A stretch of DNA of 32,000 bases from Staphylothermus hellenicus DSM 12710 (GCF_000092465.1 NC_014205.1:360001-392000); one strand, 5' to 3'. Numbered from the stretch's first letter, positions 1 through 8,676 are shown. Made by a program: numbers and translations. The notes: generated by a model from the letters alone, not told the origin.

Positions 1-70
1 AACCCAGTAATATATCCCATTGATTTATTATAAAGTTTAGAAATATAAGGGCTTAAGTGGGAAACAATAA

Positions 71-613
71 ATGGTGGATGCCATGGCAAGAAACTTTGAC
101 AACGCTGACATCAAGCTAATACAAATGCTAACCACTGATGGTAGGACTAGTATTTCTAAGCTCGCGGAAGTAACAGGTTTAAGCTATACAGCTATACGTA
201 ATAGAATAATCAGACTAATAAACAAGGGCTATCTCGAGATAAAACCATTTGTGAACACAAAAATCCTTGGGAATACTGCTGCTATTATAAGGTTTAGGAC
301 TAAGAATCCTGAAAAGCTAGCAGAGATCTTATCGAAATGTAATAAGTCACTTGGAGTAATGATTAACCATGATGGAGTAATAGCAATGGTTTATTCCAAG
401 AATAAAATTGAGATAGCAGCTTTTATAAGCCGTTTAATAAGTCTTGATCCAGATATTGAAGAGTACTATATAGAGTATGGTAAAATACCTAGTAATACTA
501 TGATTCCCATTAAAAACCCTGCTCCAAGCTGTGAAAACTGTTTATACTACCAATTAAAACTATGCAGTGGATGCTTACCATTATTAAGGATAAAAAATAA
601 TAATAGGAAATAA
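71..613 (+). CDS. Lrp/AsnC-family transcriptional regulator with C-terminal 4-Cys tail
   Basis: N-terminal AsnC-type HTH (DIKLIQMLTTDGRTSISKLAEVTGLSYTAIRNRIIRLINKGYLEI) followed by a RAM-like domain. C-terminal CENC-x8-CSGC. Alternative ATG at 83. Confidence 0.8.
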   Translation: MVDAMARNFDNADIKLIQMLTTDGRTSISKLAEVTGLSYTAIRNRIIRLINKGYLEIKPFVNTKILGNTAAIIRFRTKNPEKLAEILSKCNKSLGVMINHDGVIAMVYSKNKIEIAAFISRLISLDPDIEEYYIEYGKIPSNTMIPIKNPAPSCENCLYYQLKLCSGCLPLLRIKNNNRK

Positions 614-910
614 TCAGTAATAAAACGGATTAATTCCCTCCTCGACCCATTCATATATTCTAGGACCGACAATGTCTTCTCCAAGCTTTAAAATATTGTA
701 AAGGCTGGGGTCTCTTCTGATCTTATAGATTCTCCTCTTATATTCTGGATGCTCATATATTATCATTCGCAGAATCTCCTCTAATAATCTCCTGCCATCA
801 CTATTCACGTAGTCGCCGTGGAAGAATCTATGATAATTAATAATTAGTTTCCTAAACAAAAACCCTATATCTCTCCCCCACCTCGGTTTCTTACCCATAT
901 TATCCGCCAT
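614..910 (-). CDS. hypothetical protein (98 aa, basic)
   Basis: Intact ORF abutting the stop of the convergent Lrp gene. No recognisable motif. Confidence 0.45.
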   Translation of the reverse strand: MADNMGKKPRWGRDIGFLFRKLIINYHRFFHGDYVNSDGRRLLEEILRMIIYEHPEYKRRIYKIRRDPSLYNILKLGEDIVGPRIYEWVEEGINPFYY

Positions 911-1010
911 ACAGGATCATTGCGGTGTTTTTAGGGTTATCAAAGAATATAATATATTCTAAGACACAAATATTTCTTATCAGTTAAAAAGAAATATGTA
1001 TGGGTGCTAT

Positions 1011-1691
1011 ATGTTGCGAATAGTATTAATTGGTCCTCCAGGAGCGGGTAAAGGCACGTATGCAAGGTATTTCTCGAAAAAATACTGTATTCCACATATT
1101 AGCACGGGAGACATATTTAGAGAAGAAGTAGCTAAAGGAACAGAGCTTGGAAAAAGAATAAAGGATATACTTGATAGAGGAGAACTAGTGCCTGATGAAA
1201 TAGTTATAGAAATTGTTAGGAAGAGACTACGACAACCAGACACGGCTAAAGGATTTATACTGGACGGCTTTCCCAGAACAATTAGACAGGCAGAAGCACT
1301 AGATGAAATAGCCACGTTAGACGCTGTCATACACATATATATTACTATGGAAGAAGCTGTTAGGAGGCTCAGCAATAGATATATTTGTCCAAAATGTGGA
1401 AGAGTCTATAATTTACTATTTAATCCTCCAAAGAACGATCTTAGATGTGATGATGATGGAACACCCCTTATAAGGAGATCAGATGATGAACCAGAAGTTA
1501 TACGTAGAAGATACAAAATATACTATGAAACATTCCAGCCAATAATTGAATACTATAAGAAAAAGAACCTATTAATAGAAATAGACAATACAATCGGAAG
1601 TGATAAAGGAATACCATTACTGGAAAGAACTCTTATCGATAAAGGCATACTAAAGCTAAAGCCGTGTAATCCAAACGTATCCATTAAGTAG
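1011..1691 (+). CDS. adk: adenylate kinase, long (bacterial-like) type with zinc lid
   Basis: P-loop GPPGAGKGT directly after MLRIVLI, and GFILDGFPRT. Lid CPKC-x16-CDDD (C-x2-C-x16-C-x2-D). GGGTG lies 4 nt upstream of ATG 1011. The ORF is open from 996, but 1011 fits Adk N-termini. Confidence 0.9.
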   Translation: MLRIVLIGPPGAGKGTYARYFSKKYCIPHISTGDIFREEVAKGTELGKRIKDILDRGELVPDEIVIEIVRKRLRQPDTAKGFILDGFPRTIRQAEALDEIATLDAVIHIYITMEEAVRRLSNRYICPKCGRVYNLLFNPPKNDLRCDDDGTPLIRRSDDEPEVIRRRYKIYYETFQPIIEYYKKKNLLIEIDNTIGSDKGIPLLERTLIDKGILKLKPCNPNVSIK

Positions 1692-1792
1692 GGGAACAAG
1701 GCATCCCAACATAACTAGTTTCTAAAACAAATTATTTTAGAGTTCTTAACCAAACTATTCTAACGAATCATCGCTTAGTGGATGCATAGAAA

Positions 1793-3151
1793 ATGATCAA
1801 CATCATTGTTCGTAGCTCTAAGGATGCTGATGCTGTTAAAGCAACGATTAATAAGTTTTATAGAGACTGGAATATAGGGGTCTACACATTACATGGTGCA
1901 AGAAAAATTGATGATATAAACTATTGGCTCGAAAAAACTATTAGCGATGATAAATTCTATCTCCTACTACTTGGCAGAGAAGAAAAAGATATTGTTGATG
2001 AATTAAGGAAGAATAAGCCGGATAACCTAGCAATATATATTGTGCCTAGGAAAAAAGTTCGTAATACTAGAATAGAGCATTTAGCATGGATATTCGATAT
2101 AGGTAAGAGCATTTTCAGATTAGCTGTTGGTTGGAGAAATGATCTGAAAGCATATGTTTTCAGCCAATACAATGGTGTTAGGCTCGAAGACTACAGTATT
2201 GATCCAGCATATGATATCTTCTTAGGAATAGGTAAAGAATTCAAGGATAACCTAGAAAAAATTCTTGGAGATAAAATTTGTAAACTACCCTTACTTGTGA
2301 GGAAATATGGTGGGGAACACGACATATATTGTGGAGACAGAAAAGTAGCTATACTACATATATCTGATGAAGGAGTTGTTCCCAAAGGAGAAATTACTAG
2401 GAAAACATATGATGAGCCAAGTGAGGAAAAGGTTTTAGAAGCCAATAAACAAGTATTCTCCTTATACGAGAAAATATCTATTAAATTACTCGAAAAATAC
2501 CGTGAATGGGCAGATACAGTAATTGTTCCGTGGAGTGGTGGGAAAGATAGTACTGCAACATTATTATTAGCTTTAAAGGTTTTCTCAAAGAATAAAGTGA
2601 AAGCAATATATGCTGATACAGGAACAGAGTTTCCATGGAATCATAAATACATTGATGAAATAGCTGAGGATTTAGGTGTAGAAGTAATAAGGGTTTATGC
2701 GGGAATTGATAAAGGCATATTAGATGAAGGATATCCTATGCCTAGACACGATAATAGATGGTGTACTTATAGAAAAATAAAAGCAATAGAGGAAACCATC
2801 GAGAAATTATCAGATGGAAATATTCTCTTAGTGAAAGGGGATAGAGACGGAGAATCTAGAGCAAGAAGCATGAGACCCCCCGTCTATGTGGAGGGTGAAA
2901 ACAAAATAGTAGTGACACCCTTAAAGTTTTGGAGTGCAGCACATGTTCAACTATACATGTTAATGAATAATGTAGAATTAAATCCACTATACTATAAAGG
3001 ATTCTATAGGATCGGATGCTATATATGCCCTGCTCTTAGAAGCTGGGAAGTCTATATAATGATGAATGATCCCGAGCTTAGAAGTGTTCTCGAGAAATAT
3101 CCATTGTATAAATTGTTTATCCGTATGCGTAAAAATAGGATTTCTTCATAG
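1793..3151 (+). CDS. PP-loop ATP pyrophosphatase of the PAPS/APS-reductase-like (CysH/DndC) superfamily with a ~240-aa N-terminal domain of unknown function
   Basis: Canonical PP-loop VIVPWSGGKDSTATLLLA (SGGKDS at nt 2534-2551). Cys motifs RWCTYRKIKAIE and RIGCYICP resemble the CC...CxxC Fe-S motif of APS reductases. I do not recognise the first ~240 aa. Confidence 0.7.
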   Translation: MINIIVRSSKDADAVKATINKFYRDWNIGVYTLHGARKIDDINYWLEKTISDDKFYLLLLGREEKDIVDELRKNKPDNLAIYIVPRKKVRNTRIEHLAWIFDIGKSIFRLAVGWRNDLKAYVFSQYNGVRLEDYSIDPAYDIFLGIGKEFKDNLEKILGDKICKLPLLVRKYGGEHDIYCGDRKVAILHISDEGVVPKGEITRKTYDEPSEEKVLEANKQVFSLYEKISIKLLEKYREWADTVIVPWSGGKDSTATLLLALKVFSKNKVKAIYADTGTEFPWNHKYIDEIAEDLGVEVIRVYAGIDKGILDEGYPMPRHDNRWCTYRKIKAIEETIEKLSDGNILLVKGDRDGESRARSMRPPVYVEGENKIVVTPLKFWSAAHVQLYMLMNNVELNPLYYKGFYRIGCYICPALRSWEVYIMMNDPELRSVLEKYPLYKLFIRMRKNRISS

Positions 3152-3155
3152 AAGA

Positions 3156-4127
3156 TTAGTCAATAATGCTTTTATCCACGATCTCTTTAATGTATTCTCT
3201 AGCATGTGGCCCCATGGGTTTTCCAAGGGCTTTCTCTGTTATTTTACAGAAACTGCATATTTTCCCACTACTAGGCATTCCACATATACTGCATCTCCTT
3301 ATAGTATCTCCTGGTTTAGGGTATTTCTCAATGTTCTTCACTAGTCTACGTATGAATCCTATAGTTAATCCGGGGAATCTATATTCTAGATCCCGTAGAT
3401 GCTTTTTTAAATGCCAGGTTAAAGTTGTTTCATCTGCCAATGGACATTTTTCTTCTACATATAATATATTGTTTAATTCAGCATATTTCTTAATGTCCTC
3501 CTCATATGTTTCATATAAGGGTTTTATCTTGGCCACCAAATAATCCTTAACCCCCTCAATACGGGGGGCTAGTTTCGGTATTTGTTCAAGGTTTTGGACA
3601 AGGAATTCTTTGAGAATAAATGTTGCCATATCGTCTAGGTTGTGTCCTGTAGCAATACTATTAGCTTTAAGCTCTACAGCTAATGCATTCAATAAATATC
3701 TCTTCACAACACCGCAAACACTGCAAGGAGGTCTCCGAGTCTTTAATGCTAGCTCAGGTATACCTACACCCAGAATTTTCCTGAGATCAAGAATTATTAG
3801 AGGAGCATTTGTCTTTTCAGAAATCTTCTTAGCTACCTCAGCGTTTTTCTCACTATATTCTCCAATACCTAGATTTATATGTGCTAGATATAGTTTGAAG
3901 CCTATTGATTCTCTAAGCTTGCTCAGAATATGTGCTAAGACAACACTATCCTTACCACCTGATAATCCAAGTAATACTCGATCACCCTTCCTGATTAGAT
4001 TGTATCGCTTAATAGTTCTCATAACTCTATTCTCTATGAACTCGTTGAAGTGTTCACTGCACAGCCATAATCTTGAGTGTCGTAAATAAACAACTGCTTT
4101 TCTACCACATATACGGCATTTTGGAAT
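3156..4127 (-). CDS. tRNA 2-thiouridine synthetase, TtuA/NcsA(Ncs6/Ctu1)-type PP-loop ATPase (start extended beyond the ORF-track ATG at 4022)
   Basis: LGLSGGKDS PP-loop. Fe-S Cys PPCSVCGVVKR and EEKCP. C-terminal zinc finger CSICG...CSFC. The same frame upstream of ATG 4022 encodes KCRICG...LCSEHF (N-terminal zinc finger) up to an in-frame TGA at 4136-4134. The only start-like codon is ATT at 4127-4125, 6 nt after GGTGA (4138-4134). Confidence 0.8.
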   Translation of the reverse strand: MPKCRICGRKAVVYLRHSRLWLCSEHFNEFIENRVMRTIKRYNLIRKGDRVLLGLSGGKDSVVLAHILSKLRESIGFKLYLAHINLGIGEYSEKNAEVAKKISEKTNAPLIILDLRKILGVGIPELALKTRRPPCSVCGVVKRYLLNALAVELKANSIATGHNLDDMATFILKEFLVQNLEQIPKLAPRIEGVKDYLVAKIKPLYETYEEDIKKYAELNNILYVEEKCPLADETTLTWHLKKHLRDLEYRFPGLTIGFIRRLVKNIEKYPKPGDTIRRCSICGMPSSGKICSFCKITEKALGKPMGPHAREYIKEIVDKSIID

Positions 4128-4173
4128 ATTGTTTCACCTCTCTCAACCATTTATTAATGGTTTGTTTCAATGA

Positions 4174-5121
4174 TTACTTACCATGTTTAGGCGTGTATGG
4201 AAAATTTTTATTAAGCAGGATAAATGCTATGGTTGATACAACTATGTCAGCTATCGATCCCGGGTTAATGTTTTGTTTTCTCAGATAAATATCTAGTTCT
4301 ATAACTGGTTTCATCCAATCATTTTTCTCCGCTAACACCGTTTTCAGTGTTTCTCTTGCTTTAACCATTATTTTATACGCTGTGTTTTCGCCATGTGTTC
4401 TAGTTATTGTTGTATCTTTGTGTTTGCTTAGGAGGTATAGATATGTTTCGACAACCCCCCGGTTCCAGTCCTTATGTTCACTGAATCTCTCTTGGAAAAA
4501 CATTTTTCCATCAATCGATCTCGGATAACCATTAACTACTTCATCGGCAACAATATCTCTACCAGCACTATATTCTAGTATATCATGTAATCGTTGATTC
4601 CTAGCTATTAGCTTTGATCGAAAACTTTTATCCCACACATTAACGTATTCTCCTGTATCATCGTTTTTCCTGATATATGATGGCTTCGCTAATCTAACCG
4701 CTCTATAAAAATATATTGAATCATAAACTGTTGTGTTTTTCAATGCTTTTAATGCTTCCTCTATGTAGCACTTAATGTTTTCTATTCTTTTTCCAATACA
4801 TCTACCAATACCAATACTTATGGGGGCGAGTAGAAGAGATGATCCTAGGCAAGTATTTACTCCTCTATAACTAATAGTATCATGGACAATTCCATAAATT
4901 ATATCTCCAAAAACAATCTTAGAATAACCACGCAGTCCTCTAATTATTCCTTTCCTAAACCATTTAACAGATGATATCCCAGTATATAGGAAATCCTCAA
5001 ATACCAAGCCCGGCAAGTTCTTGGTTCTATGAACATTTCCAGGCTTGGGGTAACCAGATACTTCTAATAATATTGAATAACTTAATAATTCGGCGTAAAA
5101 CCAATGCTTATCCATAATCAC
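4174..5121 (-). CDS. triphosphoribosyl-dephospho-CoA synthase (CitG/MdcB)-like protein
   Basis: N-terminal LLEVSGYPKPGNVHR matches the CitG-family KPG(N/L)V signature, and length is ~310 aa. GTG at 5121, or ATG at 5115. Confidence 0.6.
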   Translation of the reverse strand: MIMDKHWFYAELLSYSILLEVSGYPKPGNVHRTKNLPGLVFEDFLYTGISSVKWFRKGIIRGLRGYSKIVFGDIIYGIVHDTISYRGVNTCLGSSLLLAPISIGIGRCIGKRIENIKCYIEEALKALKNTTVYDSIYFYRAVRLAKPSYIRKNDDTGEYVNVWDKSFRSKLIARNQRLHDILEYSAGRDIVADEVVNGYPRSIDGKMFFQERFSEHKDWNRGVVETYLYLLSKHKDTTITRTHGENTAYKIMVKARETLKTVLAEKNDWMKPVIELDIYLRKQNINPGSIADIVVSTIAFILLNKNFPYTPKHGK

Positions 5122-5230
5122 ACCTTATACTTGATTTTCAGTATTTAAAAAATAAATCTTCTAGGATATTCTTTTGAGTTTCAGCTAAACTTTTTCTACA
5201 ATACGCTTCGAACCCTATACTGGTTATGGA

Positions 5231-7204
5231 CTAGATTGTTTCCCGCATTATTTGTAGCTTATCCGTTATTTTTGAGAGAGTATGTGTTAACATTTTTGTT
5301 CTAGGAGATGCATCATTGTCGTTGATTATTTGTCTTAGAAATGCTTTTGCTTTATCGTATTCGTTATTATTTAATAAATCTATGGTTGTTGCTAGGATTT
5401 CCTGTTCCTTCATTCTTCCGGCTTCGATTAAGCTCTCCATTATTATGGATATTTCCTCTTTTATACTGGGATTATTATCTAGTATTATTTTTAAGGAATG
5501 TATTAATGCATTAGTATCATAGTATCCTTTAATGGATTCTTTTAAAACATAGTAGTTGAGTTTTCTGGTCTTATAGTATTTTCTTATAGTATGTTTTAAT
5601 AATTTGTAATAGTTTGTATTTGCCTCAATAAATTTTTCTAGGGCTTCACTAAAATTGTTCTCCAATATTTGAGAATAACCTTTGAACTTGTATCCTCTTG
5701 CTTGATTCAGTAGTGATCGGTAATTATTGCCTCGTATACTATAATATCTTGCTGACTCCAAATATTCTTCGGCGGCTTCAGAATATTTTTCTTCAATAAC
5801 TTTTTGAGAAGCTATTAATTCATGTAGTATGCTTTCAACAACGTTTCTTAAATGGGGGCTGAGAATATCTATGGCTTTCTCTCTTGCTTTTTCCAGAATC
5901 TCAATAGCTTTGCCAATGTCTTTTTTACTGCTTATATAGCATTCAGCTTGGCTAATTAGGGCTTTCACTCTTAGTGCCTCTGCTCTACTCCTATATTCCC
6001 CGCCTAGTTCATTATATATTGACACCGCTGATAATAGGGTTCTATATGCATTGCATGGTTTGTGTTTTCTAATCTCGAGTTCAGCTATGTATTCGTTGAT
6101 TAATGCTTTTGCTATTAGTGATTCTCTTATTGATCCCGTAGATTTATAGTAGCCTACTAGTTCTTGCAGCCTCGATATTGCTTCTTCATATCTGCCCTTC
6201 TCTGCAAGGCTTCTTGCAAGGCTTAACAAGTATTTTGCATTCACTCTCTTAGCTTCTTTAGCTAATACAGGGTTTTCATGAGCTACTTGGACTGCCCAGT
6301 GATACATGGTTTTTGCTAGGTCGAATAATAAATTGCTGTAGAGGAATTCACCCATGATCACGTAGAAGTGGAATATATATTTAGACCTTAAATCTCTCAA
6401 GTTTTTCTCATCTATGAGGCCCATTTTCTCAATTATTCGTATAATTTCTAATCCCATAGCTTCATATGCAGCTGCTTCAACTAGTTTTCCACGCTTAAGC
6501 TTCTCATATGCTATGTTGCGGGTTTTAAATAATAGATCAAGCAATGCTCTCCTAGGATCTTTTTCGCCTATTACTGCTCCATAAGACATAATATGGATTA
6601 AAACTTGATTTTCATAATCGATCGGGATCAATAAGCTATTACAAGCAATATGTACTAGTTCTTCGATATTCCTAATTGTTGTGAGAGCGCTGACTTTTCT
6701 GAGAAAAAATGCTAGAGCCTTAACTCTCTTATCATAATCAACTACTATGTATTTGTTGTTCTTAGACTCGACGACACCGATTAGAGATAGGATATCAAGT
6801 GTTCTCTTAACCAGTTTATTATGAACTTCCCTGACACGATATATTCCGCCGAGAAAAACTCTATTAGAGACTTTTCTAGCAATTGTTAAATAATCTGATT
6901 CTCGAAGCTCATCTATTACTTCATAAATATGTTTAGCTACTGATAGAAAAGCTGTTATTCCACGTGTTGTTATAGTATAGTATTCTTCTCCTCTACGCAC
7001 TCTTTTCAGTAATCCACGATCAATTAGTTTAGCTACTAGATTAGGGTTTAACTTGGGAAAAACCTGTGGCCGAAGAAGATCTTTTAATCTACAAGCTCTT
7101 TCCTGAGACAATATTTTTTCTAAAGCATTCAATAAGATTTCATACTCGATATTATAGAGGGAAAAATATGATTCCCAATCGATTCGTTCTCCTTTTAAAC
7201 CCAA
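5231..7204 (-). CDS. large hypothetical protein: N-terminal winged-helix-like modules plus TPR-like helical repeats
   Basis: 657-aa intact ORF with TTG start. N-terminal segments such as LVAKLIDRGLLKRVRRGEEYYTITTRG. Recurrent TPR-like helices (YEEAISRLQELVGYY, YSEAAEEYLESARYY, FSEALEKFIEANTNY, YDKAKAFLRQI). Confidence 0.6.
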   Translation of the reverse strand: MGLKGERIDWESYFSLYNIEYEILLNALEKILSQERACRLKDLLRPQVFPKLNPNLVAKLIDRGLLKRVRRGEEYYTITTRGITAFLSVAKHIYEVIDELRESDYLTIARKVSNRVFLGGIYRVREVHNKLVKRTLDILSLIGVVESKNNKYIVVDYDKRVKALAFFLRKVSALTTIRNIEELVHIACNSLLIPIDYENQVLIHIMSYGAVIGEKDPRRALLDLLFKTRNIAYEKLKRGKLVEAAAYEAMGLEIIRIIEKMGLIDEKNLRDLRSKYIFHFYVIMGEFLYSNLLFDLAKTMYHWAVQVAHENPVLAKEAKRVNAKYLLSLARSLAEKGRYEEAISRLQELVGYYKSTGSIRESLIAKALINEYIAELEIRKHKPCNAYRTLLSAVSIYNELGGEYRSRAEALRVKALISQAECYISSKKDIGKAIEILEKAREKAIDILSPHLRNVVESILHELIASQKVIEEKYSEAAEEYLESARYYSIRGNNYRSLLNQARGYKFKGYSQILENNFSEALEKFIEANTNYYKLLKHTIRKYYKTRKLNYYVLKESIKGYYDTNALIHSLKIILDNNPSIKEEISIIMESLIEAGRMKEQEILATTIDLLNNNEYDKAKAFLRQIINDNDASPRTKMLTHTLSKITDKLQIMRETI

Positions 7205-7357
7205 TTTTTATCTCCCAAAATAATATTTTGATTAGTAATACAAAAACTATTACCTAATGCTTGTATGAATACCAGTGTTTTCATAACTGTTAAGGCTTAA
7301 CATTATTAAATTATATGTTTTATAGAGTATCTCGCAGGGTTAATTTTATCGAGGTGT

Positions 7358-8482
7358 ATGAGAATGGTTGACCCGAGAACTTCTAATTTAGCCCGTCTCA
7401 TTGTAGAGTATTGTATTGAAGCGGGTAAGGGTGATGAAGTAGTTATTAATGCTGGTGTTGAAGCTGTACCGCTTGTTAGGGAAATAGTGAAATACCTGGT
7501 TTCCAGAGGGGGTTATCCTGTAATGGTTAATCTAAGCGATGAATCTATAAGTGAAGTATTTTATCGATATGCAACTAAGGATGTGCTTGAACATATTAGT
7601 GGTATTGAGAAATATATGCTGGAAAACATTGATGCATCAATTTCAATTATATCCCCTTCCCACACAAAACCTCTCATAAGCATAGATCCGGAGAAGATGA
7701 AGATCAGGAGCGCTGCTAGAAGAGAGTTGACAAAGATATTTATGGAGAGAAGTGCTAGAAGAGAGCTTAGATGGGCTGTAACAGCTTATCCAACTAGGGC
7801 TCTTGCACAGGAAGCTGGTATGTCTATTATCGACTACGAAGATTTCGTGTTTCACGCAACATATGCGGATACAGATGATCCTGTTAAGAAATGGGTTGAG
7901 ATCAGGGAGAAACAGCAGAAAATAGCTGATTTCTTAAACAAGGTTTCCGAGCTTAAATATGAAGGGCCAGGAATAGATCTATTTTTGAGAGTTGAGGGGA
8001 GGAAATGGATAAATGATGATGGAAAATACAATATGCCCGGCGGAGAAGTATTCTCAGCACCAATAGAGGATAGTGTAGAGGGCTATGTAGAATTTGATTA
8101 TCCAGCTATTTGGCGGGGAGTAGAAGTTGAAGGTGTGAAAATTGTTTTTAAGAAAGGCGTTGTTGTAGAAGCACATGCAAGAAGAGGAGAAGAGTTCTTG
8201 AAGAAAATGCTTGAAACAGATGAAGGAGCTAAGAGGCTCGGAGAAATAGCTTTTGGGCTCAACTATAATATTACGAGATTTACTAAGGAAATATTGTTCG
8301 ATGAGAAAATCGGTGGAACAATACATATGGCGTTAGGAGCAGCATATCCTGAATCAGGAGGTAAAAATGTGTCAGCAATACATTGGGACATGATCAAGGA
8401 TATGAGGAAACATAAAGTATATGCTGACGGAGATCTAATCTATGAGAATGGATACTTCATAAAAGATGTTTTGGGATTATAA
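7358..8482 (+). CDS. aminopeptidase, M29 (AmpS/PepS/aminopeptidase T) family
   Basis: N-terminus LARLIVEYCIEAGKGDEVVI and C-terminal IAFGLN...GGTIHMALG...HWDM are typical of thermophilic metalloprotease M29. GAGGTG spacing favours ATG 7364 as the alternative start. Confidence 0.8.
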   Translation: MRMVDPRTSNLARLIVEYCIEAGKGDEVVINAGVEAVPLVREIVKYLVSRGGYPVMVNLSDESISEVFYRYATKDVLEHISGIEKYMLENIDASISIISPSHTKPLISIDPEKMKIRSAARRELTKIFMERSARRELRWAVTAYPTRALAQEAGMSIIDYEDFVFHATYADTDDPVKKWVEIREKQQKIADFLNKVSELKYEGPGIDLFLRVEGRKWINDDGKYNMPGGEVFSAPIEDSVEGYVEFDYPAIWRGVEVEGVKIVFKKGVVVEAHARRGEEFLKKMLETDEGAKRLGEIAFGLNYNITRFTKEILFDEKIGGTIHMALGAAYPESGGKNVSAIHWDMIKDMRKHKVYADGDLIYENGYFIKDVLGL

Positions 8483-8527
8483 ATATATAATTGGCAAGGA
8501 TCAGCTAACGCCTACCAAAACTGTTAA

Positions 8528-8534
8528 TTTTTTT
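8528..8534 (+). terminator. oligo-T tract downstream of the aminopeptidase gene
   Basis: A T7 run 46 nt after the stop codon. Archaeal terminators are oligo-T tracts. Confidence 0.4.
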
Positions 8535-8566
8535 CTTAGGCAAACGCGCATTTTGGATCACGTTAT

Positions 8567-8676
8567 CGGCCTTGATGAGGGTGGCGGAGGGGGATTAGTT
8601 TTTAGATGAACCTGTCTTCGATGAGGGGAGTCCTTAGATCCTGATGCAGGGCTCCCGTGGTCGGGGACAAGGGGGA
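8567..8676 (+). ncRNA. candidate structured small RNA (class unresolved; K-turn/C-D-like boxes plus hairpin-ACA)
   Basis: G/C-rich island in an AT-rich gap between convergent genes. Three GATGA motifs (8574, 8605, 8620). 8-bp hairpin 8626-8633/8649-8656. ACA at 8667-8669. No plausible ORF. Confidence 0.3.

Noticed and set aside
1-20. Possible start of a minus-strand gene (ATG at 20-18, MGYITG...) running off the left edge
   Set aside because: Only six codons are visible, so it cannot be supported.
4034-4150. 38-aa ORF (MVERGETIFQNAVYVV...) starting at ATG 4150, upstream of the thiolase gene
   Set aside because: It is out of frame with the conserved zinc-finger reading frame, has no SD, and its sequence has no recognisable features. 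It is kept only as the alternative -1 frameshift hypothesis in the TtuA finding. I saw no convincing slippery heptamer.
7289-7301. Palindrome GTTAAG-G-CTTAAC upstream of the aminopeptidase gene
   Set aside because: Short and AT-rich, so a chance occurrence is plausible in this composition. No second copy seen and no adjacent regulator.
8618-8656. GAUGAGGGGAGUCC...GGGCUCCC resembles the RNase P RNA CR-I/P4 region (GAGGAAAGUCCGGGCUCC); GGCGGAGGGG is also reminiscent of E. coli M1 RNA
   Set aside because: The GC-rich island is only ~130-150 nt. I cannot find CR-IV/CR-V-like elements (ACAGAA...GGCUUA). The complementary strand of the would-be P4 is only 15 nt away rather than long-range. The region is too short for a type A archaeal RNase P RNA.
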